A model generated the notes under the pieces. That model did no database searches and was not told the DNA's origin. It worked only from the letters and a program-made list of their open reading frames with translations. DNA of 60,376 nucleotides, counting the filler, from Sphacelaria rigidula (Eukaryota), in NCBI GenBank assembly GCA_964200075.2. It is 5 parts of 5 records of this genome, joined end to end, with 100 filler letters (N's around TTAATTAATTAA, not from the genome) between each part and the next. Parts side by side here need not be neighbours in the genome. Positions count along the whole stretch, not along the records: positions 48,383 to 60,376 come from CAXNAA020004259.1; 4 more parts are not named here. One strand, written 5' to 3'. Shown piece after piece: positions 49,141-60,376 of the stretch (positions are counted from its first letter, which is position 1; every line of letters begins with the position of its first letter). A program made the position numbers and the translations under genes.

Positions 49141-52100
49141 ATGGCTCGGTTTTCTGCCCTCGCGCTGCTGGCGCTGGTGTCTTCAGCTGCTGCCTTCATG
49201 CCATCGTTCACTCCAAGAGATTCGTTCAACGCCCTCAACAGGGGTTCTGTATCACAAGCCACATGCAGGACGTCAGTGCGTATGATGGCCGAGGGCCAGG
49301 CTGCGCCCACGGTAAGCAAAGTAACTGCAGCGGCGGTGCATGACCCCAGAGTGATGACAGTCGACGGGAAAGCTTTTTGTCTCCGTGATATGTCGTGTGT
49401 CTGGACTATGTTGGCGATGTGGACTGGGTGAAGGAGGGTGACGAGGTGCATGTAAACGGCAGGCGTCTGTGCTCATGTTTCAGTTCGCACTTGGATTTAA
49501 TGCGCCCACTGCCGACTGCAGTAGTAGCTTAGGGTGACGAGATGCATCGCATTTCCGTAACTACAACTGTGTTCTATATGATCCAAGGGCAAGTTGGACG
49601 ATCATGTTACTATATACTCTTAACAGATATCAGATATACACGACATGCGCTCGGACCTCACAGCGTATCGTATATGCAATCAGCCTCGCTAGACCTCAAC
49701 CCCGCTGCGCGAGTTTTCGAAAGATGAGTGCGTCCGGTCGCGATCCCGTCCCCTGCTCATGCCCTCTGCTGTCTTGTGCTAAACGCACGAATGAGCACAC
49801 AAGCCACAGTACAGGAGTGGTGAAAGACTTCTGCTCGTGTGCACCTCAGGAAGACCACACAGTCATTACAAACAGTTGTGGTAAAGAGGGCAAGGCAACG
49901 AGGCTGCAGGGAACGAGTGGAGCTGCGGTTCTAGCAACCAGCTTGAAAAAGCCGAACTGCATCTTCAAGAACCTTGCGGGGGGTGCGCATTTGCGGTATT
50001 TTACTACCGTTGTACTCTCCACTGGACGAGCGCGTTTCGAGAAACGAGAACCTCGAGACTCCACACACGTTCGAGACCGGCTCTCTGACGTGTTTCGTGC
50101 CAAAGCGGTGAACAAATAGCTATAAAGCAACAGCTCCACCGACCGTGTGGTCGTTTGCCGATGATGGCACACTTCACCCTGAAATACTGCACCCTGATGA
50201 TGTTACAGTACCGCCGACCAACTGCCGTAAGTACTTGAGCGGGCACAACCGCACAGGCAAACCTGTCTGCTGTCTGTCAGACGTGTACCTGCTCGCAGTG
50301 CCGGTGTCTAGTCGTCTGGTCCCTCTGTACCGGTACTAGTTCAGCCGTCCAATTGAACATTCGGCGCAACTATATCGTAGCCCCGACAATATTAAAAAAT
50401 GGCCGGGGTCTAATATAATGAAAATTATTCAGTTGCCGTCGGTACCGCAGCGTCTTGACCGTTGTACAATCCGACGCGTTTCTCGCGAAGTCCTTGGAAT
50501 CTGTATCGCAATTCCCCATTCCGAATATTTTATGCAACGCGAGTCCTGTTGTACAGAGTTGAATGACTCTACACGATGACCACGGTGTACCATAACAGCC
50601 TTCGGTCACAGAGATCTGTCCGGAAGACAATTGGTACCAGTTGAAGAAACTATCTCTGCGGGTGACAGTTTGCGCAACGCTATGAACCAAGAGTTGCGGT
50701 ACCACTATTGGGCTTGTGCCCAATCGTGAGTGTATCTACTGCGTAGCCGTTGCAGCGTGGTACATATACACCTGTGTCCGTAAGGTCGTCACTGAGCATT
50801 CACGCACCGGCCGGCTTATATCTACTCATTGTACGATGCCAACGCGGAAATTGAGTACATTCGGCGTTCCGGATGGGTACAGTAGCGCGTTTCCCGGGGT
50901 ATCTCTCCTTAGCCGGTCTGCAGGAGCAGCAGCAGCAGTGCGAGTCATCCAGCCGCCTCATTTGTAGTGTGCAAGAACTCGACTGCAAGAATAATCGTCC
51001 TTTCGTTTCAGTCACCTAGTCGGACCATACGTTGTCAGTTGGGCCCGGGTTCACACAACCGTTATCCTATGATTTGGTCTGAACCACTCACCGCTGAACC
51101 AACACTCACCGCTGAAACAAATCCACCGTTGCTGGCCAGTCTTGGGCGACCCCATCTTGTTGTGTGTACGTTTTAATCGTGTGTCGAAGTTCACGTCAAG
51201 TACTCGTGTAAAGCTACTTGTTCTTTCGTTGACCTTACGAATTAATGAACGCTGGAGAAACGAATGGAACCATTCCCTAGTAACTGCATATAAAATGATG
51301 GCGAAATACCTACCTTTCTTGGTGAACACAGCACTTCACCGGATCTGGGACCGTTCACACCACCCACCGTGCATCTCGAATCTTTTTGCAAACAGCCGTG
51401 GTGTCGTCATTCAGGCGAACACTATGATGCGAACTCCTCGGTTTCATCAGTGAAAATTATGCCCTTGTTGCCATCCACCGCACAATGACTACCTTCCACG
51501 GGGAGATGGAGTGACAGCTTGGACTAGTTTTCCCTGTTGCTTCGAATTTCCTGCCCCGGAGCGTCTGGCGTTTGAGGGGATCACTGATGGTATTCGAGTG
51601 CGTAACGAAGCGGGATGGGGCGAGATGAATGTGTTATGCGATGTACGTGAAGAGAGGGGCAGTAGAGTGGAAAGGATCCCGCTGGACTAGACCCGATCAG
51701 GGGATGCTAGGAGCCAGTTCTGCGTTCGCGGAAACAGGGCCACAGACCATGGCCAAACGCTTCCATCCCCCACCAGATGAACTATCCCACCGCCGTCATG
51801 TATTTTGAATAATGTTTTTTTTATTCCAGTTTTACTCAGTTTGCTCCACCCTTTTTGTTGTCTCATGTTTCCCCTTTTCTCCCCCTCTCCAGCGAGCATT
51901 TCATTTTTTTTTACGTCGGGTACCCTTATCTCATGGGTGAGTCCGTCGTGGATGAGTTGACGTGCGACAGTTATCAATCAAGATGGGGCATGGTCAAACT
52001 TTCAGCAGGAGGAACGCTCGAAGAATCGTTCCGGTATTTGAAATTTTGTGTGCTCGGAGGTTGTCACGAATCTTTTTGACAGTAGGCGCACAACCAGTCA

Positions 52101-55100
52101 CGCGACCAACACGATGGCTCCGCTCCCTGATGGCAGTTGATGTGCACCATGCGCCCTCGTACCTCGGAGTATGATGGCGCAAGTGAGCGTCGTGCAGTGC
52201 AGTCAGCTCACCATCGCAACGTGCAACACGTCTTGTCGAATACACTCGAACATTCACGGCAACGTATGCATGCCTGTGCCCGCGACGGAAGCGAAGAGAT
52301 CTTCTCCAAGGATGGTAACCATGGCCATGTAGCTGTGATGTCTTGAGACCTTACCTTCACCCTGTCCCAAGTCATCATTGAACATCGACCGCCGATACTG
52401 TCATGATGTCATCATCCAATGTCACCCTGTGCTCCACCGTGCGTTGTAGTAGCTTCCTCGATGTCCGATTGCATAGGTAAGATACTGAGTTACCGAGACT
52501 GGACCGTTTTGGCCAGCAATTCTGTTCACTTCCTTAGAGCCATCCGCAGTAGCCTTACGAGATGGAAAATGAAACAAGAAGGAGCAGGCTCGCTCCACTT
52601 GGGAAAATCCCCTCCCAAAAATGAAATGTTCCTCCTGAGGTAGTGATGATCTCCAGGACTGTCCTCGACACTTGCCGTAAGATGCTTTTGATGGATTCCG
52701 GTGGCACATGAATCATTCATCTAAGGTCCCACGTACAACTGTAGAGTAACTTTGAAGAGGGGGCGTGGGACCATGAGCGCTCACCGAAAACTTCAACTAG
52801 TCGACATGATGCTATACTAGGACGTGCAGATGCCGCTGTGCGTGTCGAGTCTCACGGGGGGCGGCGGGATGCGAAGGGGCAGCAGATGGTGGACCCGTAT
52901 GGGGGGAGGCGTGTTGTAGTGTATCATTCCCAGGTTTCGGAACAGTTGGCGGTGTTGGAAGCCCCGACAGGTCTTCTCTCTCACAAACCCTCTCGAGCAT
53001 AGGCCCATTAGTAGAGTTCACCTATCATTTTGACACTTTCTACGATGCCCCCCGCCATAACCAGCCTAAACGTGTCACAGAAAAAATGGCCATACAGCGC
53101 CTGACGCTGGGGTTCAGGCCGGATGAAGCGCCTCATATTGATGACATTGACTGAAACGAATCCAAGCGTGTGGATTCCTAGCTGCTCGTTGTGCTCGGCT
53201 GTTCCCATTTCGATTCATGTCAACATTCTGCCTTCCAAAACCATACACTTTTTCAGGGGGGGCTACCGTAGAAAGTGTCTTGTATCATCATTTCCGCACA
53301 TGAGTCCGAGATAACTACTTGGTATGCATGGAAATATCTGACTTGGTTCTAGTCAGGACAACAACTTCCGGATCTTTACTGGGGCCGTACTTCCGACGTG
53401 CGCGATGAGTGTTTTCGTCCAAGGCCAAATAGACGCCGCAGGTCTGGCAACGCCCACTTTTTTTTTTCCCTCACCCCTCCACTTCCTCGGGATGAGTCCG
53501 CGGTCTCAAGGGATCAACCTATCTCTTCCCCGGTACGTGCCTTTCGTTTTGGTCTCGCGGATTGGGTCAGCACTCCCGCACCGCGTCAACTCATGCCACA
53601 CAAACCCAGTCGACTACTTTGTTACGTTCTCCCGCTTCACACGGTGGAAATCATACAATAGGAAGAAAACCCCAACCCATAGGGAATCGAACCCCCGTTA
53701 TCTCCGCCCTAATGACGACCGTCGGACCGTTACACCACCGGGGCGCGGACTATGGAACACTTGACACCCCCCTTTCCCGAGGGTCTCTCGGTATACCCTC
53801 GTTCGGGTTGGGGTTGGAGGCAGTCAAAATCATGAATATCCACGAAAGTTCCATAGCACCATTGGTAACCGACCTCAGCGGAAGTCCCGTCCCAAGACGG
53901 TCAGCCTGGAAATCCAACCAGAGATATTTTTTATATATTTTTCATCAAAATAAGCAGTGGAACTGTTGCTGTATTCCGTGTTTTCTCTCTGCTGGTTAGC
54001 ATCTGCTAGTCATTGACAATCGTCCTGCACTTGTCTCCTTGGATGTTGACTCTTATCTCTCTTTTTCTCGGTGATGGGTGACGTTGCCGCGCACATCTGT
54101 CCTCGTTTGCAGGCGGAGTCGTTAGCGGCGATCGCGCAGGCCTGCCAGGAAGACGGCTGCTCCGTGGAAGCCGTGAGTGACCTGCTGGACCAGCTCAAAT
54201 TCAAGAAGAACGAGCTTCAGGTAATGACTGCTGTGGATGTAAAACAACCACCACACCTGTACTCGTGGCGTGACCCGTTGGGGGATCGTGAGCTGTCAAG
54301 ATTCCGTCCAGAGCACAGGTCAAGCATGAACATTCTGCTCCAAAATTTAGTGCTGCTCTCCCCTTTTTTTTATTAATGCGATGCCGGGAGGAATTTGTCC
54401 GGGCCGGTCACCACGGGAACAGCACCGTGGATCTATCTTTCCCGTTGTAGACCCGATCTTACCTTCGCCATGCCTATATCGACGAGCAGATTGCTCCGCC
54501 CCTAAATGTCGTCATCCGGACGGTGGATTTCTTCTTCGGGTACTTGAGGCGTTTATTTGATCGTCGCGATTAATGACGTGAAACACGGCCACCACGGTTG
54601 GTATTCACATTTGATTCCCGCGCTTGATGACCGGGGCGTACTTCACTCGAAATTTGAAATTACCGGTATGCGAATCTGATTTCGCTGAAATATCCCCAAA
54701 AATTTGGACTGGTCGGAAGGGTCCAGGTGAGAAGTACTATCCTTGTCGAGCATCCTTGCGAAAGTGATTCTTGATAAGTGGGTGGTGTCTCGATTTTGAT
54801 TCCGCGGTAAATTACGGGAGAAGGCCATGCTGATCTAGAAGTGTCGGGAGGAGAACCTTCAACCTTCTTCACCTACGCACTTTACGCCCATCAAGTGCCT
54901 AATTCGCGCGAATCGGAGAAACCGTGGCTGTGCGGTGTGGAGTCCTCCTGCGAGACCCCCCTCCCCTCTCATTTGGCGCGTGTGTTGGTTTTTGACATCT
55001 GCTTACACGGAGACGACGATTCAAATCAGACGGGAAAAAAATACCGTTCTGTAAGTACGTCTTCGGAATGTTCCTCGGCGTGAACACATCGACAACTGAT

Positions 55101-56306
55101 CACGTCACAACTTTCCCCGCTTCCCCCCCCCCCCTCGCGTTCGTTTACTCACTTATTTTGTCATGAAGATGCAACTACAAACCGTAAACGATGTTATTGA
55201 GATGATGGGCCCAAGCATGTCGGAGCCAGGAGAGTTGGAGAAGCTCGTCATGGCGGTACAGCGCGTATTCACGCTCAATGACGACGACTACCCATACCTG
55301 TCGTACCCCACGGGATGGACGGGGGAAATTAACCAGGTACAGGCAGCACCCACACGATATTCACATCCTTTTTTACCGCGGCAAGTCGGGCGACGAGTCA
55401 CGGCCGTACTGTTCGCGTCGCCCCTCATGCCCGTGTGAAGCATGCACACCTTGGACAACAGAATGCACGGTCAAAAAGTGTACTGCGCACGGTATTGACT
55501 ATTGCGCCGATTGTAACAGACAACAGGTCCCATACTTCCCGCGGTACATTAACTGACGACACTTTCTTGTTGTGACGGATGTGGAAGTGTGTGGGAAGAT
55601 GAGTTGGCATCCGAGAAACAAATTGTTCTTCCTTGCTGGATGTTTTTTTGCCGAGCTCGCGAGAGCTCGGCTGCCGCGAGGGAAACGGCCGTGAAATAAT
55701 TGCTTCGACCTGGTCGTGGGATTGGTGCATGGACGCTTGTTTGAGCGCATTTCGCTGATCAAAAGGCCGACAGTATTGTGTGCTGTCAAATCGTTTCTGT
55801 TTGGCGAGACCTGAGGGCCCGAGTCTTGTAGTCGAGTGCTTGGCGCCAACCGAGACCGAAGGGCCGCGCGAGTGTCACACATACTTTCCATGCGGCGGAC
55901 ACCTGCCATCGAGAGTCCCCCTATCCTTGGCCTGCGATGATTCTTGGATGATTTCGACGGTCTCCACCGTTTCCTTGTCGCAAATGTGACTGTCGAGTTT
56001 TGGTACGCTTGACCGGCCTCCCAATACCAAAACATGTTCCTTGAACAGGCGGCACACACATATTACCCACTGTCCTTATTTTCTCTCCTTGGAGTGATCG
56101 CAGAGAGGGGGCAAGGGGTCCGCCTTCAGCTATTCGTTGCTGGTGAGTTAATATTTTGGCGTGATGATCTTGTGCTAAATTTGTATGCTCGTGTGTATTC
56201 TGCGTCGATCCTTTGTTTCGCGTGCACACAGGAGAAGAAGACTGCCTGGGACTACAACGTCAACACCCCGTTGAAGCCCCGCAAGCCCGTGTACACGAAG
56301 AAGTAG
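49141..56306 (+). CDS. Plastid-targeted hypothetical protein, 173 aa, 4 exons: 49141-49311, 54113-54220, 55169-55336, 56232-56306
   Basis: Signal peptide MARFSALALLALVSSAAA-FMP (ASAFAP-type stramenopile bipartite targeting) then S/T/R-rich transit peptide. All junctions are phase 0 GT-AG. Mature part AESLAAIAQACQEDGCSVEAVSDLLDQLK...DDYPYLSYPTGWTGEINQEKKTAWDY...KK*. Confidence 0.8.
53395..53746 (-). mobile_element. tRNA-derived SINE, second family (intronic)
   Basis: Reverse strand GCGCCCCGGTGGTGTAACGG (A box)...GGGGGTTCGATTCCC (B box), no full cloverleaf; 3' boundary approximate. Confidence 0.55.
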
Positions 56307-57255
56307 ATGTGGAGGCCACTTAGCGTACCTCCATGTCGCAAAAACCGAAAACGAGGAACAGGGAGAGAGCACCAAACGACAAGGATGGAGACCTCGACTC
56401 CCCTGTATGCCTTTTGAGCTGAGCGCGCGTAAGCTTGGGCACGTTGGGCGGAAAGAGAAGGGATGGGGGGCTGGGATGCAGGTCAACGGCGCTTGTGAAT
56501 GTTGAACTAGAAAAACTACGAAATTGTACGTTTTCCTGTACCGGTTGGTGACGAAACAACGGTGAAGCTCCCCTCACCTCCGTAGCTTTTTTGTTTTCTT
56601 GTGATACTTGTGGTCGCACTGGAAACACTGGCTGGATCATGTCTTCTTTTGGGATGCATGGTACGTCTTGTTTGGTGCGATTTGTGAGCTTACATCCGGT
56701 GGGGCTGCAGTGGAAGGGGGAAATATTTGACCTGGGGTAGATAGATGCAGACATTCCCCCCCACTCTGTCGGAAATTTTGGATGGCACAAATCAATCTGG
56801 TTTTGAGTTCAAGACCCCACTCACGCTCCCACCGCTTGGGGATTGACAAGGAGTTGCGGGAAGAACACGGTATGTACAATCTTGCGTAGTTGGGCCTCAG
56901 GTACGGAAGATTGTTCTTTCTGCTGCAAAGGGGGGGGGGGGGGTTGTTGCGAAGTAGGGTCTGAACAACCCACGGCCCGTATCGTGGAGCGAAGCAGATT
57001 GTGCGCTTTTCCTCATTTTCCTGGCAGCACAATTTTGAGGGTGTTATCCCTCCGTCACACTTTTGGTGACTTCTTCCAGCATAACACGAGAACTTCATCT
57101 GCTCTGGTGAGAGTGTGTTACAACGGGTTGTTGTTGTATATGACAATTGAATATAAAGAAGTGCACATCCCCTGGGAGCTCGAGCCCGGGCAACGCACCT
57201 CGCCCGAGTGCAACAATTTGCGTCTTTTCTTCAAAAACAGGTGATCATGGTAACT

Positions 57256-58014
57256 GGGGATGGAGCTTTTCATTGAGGACAAGGACCGGGAGAAATAAAA
57301 TCGTCGTATTCACACCACATCTCGAAAAAAGGTTATATTTCCTCACCTACTGGTGGCTCTTGACAACTGCCACACGCCATGCAGATTTGGATTTCGATAA
57401 CCGACATGTTGGGGTCCTAAACGAGCACCTTTATTTTGGGGAAATTACGGGATTCGTTGTCAAAAAATAGATCCCGTAATTTCCCAACATCGTTTTTTCA
57501 GCTAGGACCCCACATCTCGGTCATCGGAATCCGAACATGTATGGCCTCGGTAGCTCAGTTGGTAACCTCATTATCTTTTCATGGTTGTGTAGGGGGTTCC
57601 ATCCCCGGAGTGATCTGGAATCTTTCCTCACCCCATGCCCAACAGTGGAGAGCGGCTATGTCGTGGGCACACAAAATTCGACTTGACGGTCGACGACGGA
57701 AAGGGACTGCTGAACCCCTCCCGCGACAAAAAATGAAAGGCAAGCACGGCACAAGGAAGGTGGGGCACTAAAAAATGAAGGAAAAACCCCTGTGTTGACC
57801 TTCCTCTTGCGTGACCCAGGCTGATGCGCGCGCATATACCGAAAGGTGTAGGCTAGTGCTCAAAATGAATATGACGACAACACAACACATGGCGTGTAGC
57901 ACTTGTCGAAAGCAACCAGTAGGTGAACAAATCAAACCATGTTTCGAACATTTGGTGTTGATACAACGTTTAAACTTCTCCGGGTTCTCATCTTCGATAA
58001 AGAGCTCCAACCTC
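57256..58014. mobile_element. Same MITE family, split by a SINE insertion
   Basis: GGGGATGGAGCTTTTCATTGAGGA...CACCTACTGGT...CGACATGTTGGGGTCCTA [SINE] ...ACCAGTAGGTGAA...CCGGGTTCTCATCTTCGATAAAGAGCTCCAACCTC. Confidence 0.75.
57544..57888 (+). mobile_element. SINE family 1, inserted inside a MITE
   Basis: A box TAGCTCAGTTGG (57551), B box GGTTCCATCCC (~57595), body ATGCCCAACAGTGGAGAGCG...AAATTCGACTTGACGGTCGA. Confidence 0.75.
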
Positions 58015-58191
58015 AATCTCGATGGTCGGTTGTTAGGCAGTAAGCCCTCCAGAGGATTCGTTTATATCCATTTCAGAGGGACGAAGCACCTCTAGAGGGT
58101 ATTTGACCCTCCAGAGGGTCATTTACCCTCCGGAGGAGGAAAATCACGATAGGGGATTTCCAAACAGGAGCCGAATGGCCGCGTGTGCGTA

Positions 58192-58241
58192 CTCAACCAT
58201 CAGAAGGTTACGAGGTTACCAACTGAGCCACCGGGGCGACC
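58192..58241 (-). mobile_element. SINE family 1 head fragment
   Basis: Reverse complement GGTCGCCCCGGTGGCTCAGTTGGTAACCTCG... Confidence 0.6.
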
Positions 58242-60376
58242 GGTTCTCTGGAAAGTTGAAATGCCAACGAAGCTGATGCAAGAATCAAATTTGAAGGAAA
58301 GTTAGTTGTCCATACTAAAATAGAGTTCAAAATATGGCCATTTTGGCCCTTTGAGCTGAGTAGAGGGGGGCCTACTGTTGGTTGGCTTGCCCGCCAAGTA
58401 TCTTGGTTTTAGCGTAGGTTCACTATTATACTGGTTCTAGTATCGGGGGATGCGACATGGATCGTTGAATAGAGAGGGATTAGGTTCAGGGCTGGGGACA
58501 ATTATTGGGGTTGTAAGTGTTGATTTATGATCGTGCCCTCACCCCCCTCTTAGCGGAAAGTGGTCAGAATACGGCCATTTTCGGCCTGAGTACTTTTTTG
58601 CTAGCCGCTAGACCACGCAGGGTAGTGCGCAAGACGAGAAAAATATCCAGCCATTTTAGGGCGAATTGGGTGAGGTAGCGCCCAAGACTGTTGGCCCTAT
58701 TTGCCACCACAACGTTGCACGCAAATTAGCGGTGCAGATAGATGCGGCAAGCTCGATTGAGGAAGCATTGCAGATCATTGGGGTGTCTGTCTGGTCTCCT
58801 TGTCGTGGAAGTGTGATGTGCAATGTGGTGCCGAAAGTCATGAATATAACTCGGCCTTGACTCCGGAGGTATGCAACAAATTGAAGCATCATCAACACGA
58901 AGTGTTATTCTTTTATATACTTTTTACTTTTTATTCATATATGGGATTTAGTAACCCCCCCTCCCCCCTCCCATCCCCCCCGAAAACACCTAGGATTGAA
59001 AAAATCGGCATAGGCCCTTGCGTTTGTTTTTGGGCACTCCTGCTCACACCAGAAAATATATGGTATGTATCACAAATGATGACGGATATCCCAGAGAGTG
59101 CACTACCCATGCATATGCGTCGCTACTCTTGACTCGCACCTCTACCTGACGCGTACCGTCTCTTTCCCCCCGCTGTCACTGGCACCTTTTCCACGAACCA
59201 GACGAACGTCCCCGACGCGGACACGATCGAGCTCGACAAGGCTTGGAGGATGTCGTGTCTAATGTCGCCGGAGTCGAGAGTGCCCAGCTGCTCGGCATGA
59301 TGTGTCCAAGTCTTTTCGATCGTGAGTACCCGCCTAGTGTTGGATGTGTCGATATGGTCCTCGCGTGGTGCCAAGTAAACGGATAGGTTTGGAAGCATCA
59401 TCCTCACACGGGACAAAAGGACGTCCTGTTTGCGCCAGTTTCTAATTTGAAGTTGTTGAAATTCGCCCAAGTGTACTGAAGCGCCCGATTTATCGACTGT
59501 AACCTGTCCCAATGACCTCTGCGATCCCCCGTACCCTTCGCCGCTGCCCCCGATCAATCATTTTCGCAGGATCATGCAGAAGACGTGCAAGACGCCTTCC
59601 ACGTGTCGACGCTCGGCGTGACATCAAATTGCGCAGAGTCGGCGATTTGTGTAGGCCACGTACTGTCCCTCAAGGGGGAGAGCAGGAGCGGCGGTCTTGG
59701 AGCCTACCGAGACCCAGCATCCGGTGTTCGTTGTACCGTTGATTGCTGTTCAGCACAGCATGGTGTTTGTGTTCTGGTTGGACAGTTCCAAGTGCTCCCG
59801 GTGTTTTGCAGCTGACTTGTTGACGCGGTAGTATTTGTTTTCCCGTGTTGATGAGTCATGAGCTATTCTTGATGAGTCCATCGGCTCATGTTTCGAGTGC
59901 ATTTTCGTAAATCCGATGCGGTTGGCGAGAGTCACTGGCAAAATCGATTTTTTGCAGCTCATGGACGGGAGGCGCTCCATTGGCTTCGTGCAGGAGAATT
60001 TGTTATGATCCGCTGCCATCGAGGGTGAGATGATGGAACAGAATCCAGGGTCACACCACGTTTTGCGACTTTTCTCGGCCGTAAGGCGGGATATCAGCAG
60101 TCATATCACACGCGATGACTTGCGCTTTCAAAAAACAACGACGGAAACTGCGGCGAAAGGTTTGAACAGAAACGTGATTTCAAGATATCCACGAGCTCCA
60201 AGTCCACACGAATGGTGGCATCAACCGGAATTGCGAATGAATTCGGGCGCAACCTGGCTAAATCGTATCGTTTACTCGAACCGCACGACTCACTACTTTG
60301 GAGACCTCTTGAACGGTGCATTCTTCCACAAATGCGCGCCTGTGGGCCAGCGCGCAACATTGTCCAACATTATTCT

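Noticed and set aside
54113-54220. Naming the plastid protein CP12
   Set aside because: Lacks the AWD.VEE core and C-terminal Cys pair; resemblance limited to one Cys pair
57544-57615. tRNA genes at A/B-box matches (also 3270-3340, 53665-53746)
   Set aside because: No intact cloverleaf; the family 1 heads continue into a shared repeat body, so these are called as SINE heads

Overview
Eukaryotic nuclear DNA, most likely from a brown alga (Phaeophyceae, Ectocarpus-like). This is an inference from the ASAFAP-type plastid targeting peptide, multi-kb introns with A/C-rich acceptors and the repeat landscape. The window is not contiguous: five ~12-kb contigs (1-11996, 12097-24092, 24193-36187, 36288-48282, 48383-60376) are joined by artificial N44-TTAATTAATTAA-N44 spacers. 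Contig 1 is a transposon graveyard (degenerate hAT transposase, SINE, MITEs). Contig 2 carries a 3-exon RWP-RK transcription factor. Contig 3 carries nine internal exons of Raptor/KOG1. Contig 5 carries a 4-exon, 173-aa plastid-targeted protein of unknown function plus nested repeats. Contig 4 is the most unusual: it is essentially one giant palindrome centred near 40994, made of two tail-to-tail degenerate KDZ-type transposase copies. Its 4.1-kb outer arms are near-identical, its inner hairpin is more diverged, and the right arm is interrupted by a 2.2-kb TIR element that itself contains a 480-bp foldback. It is a candidate hairpin-RNA 'transposon killer' locus, though assembly collapse may exaggerate the arm identity.
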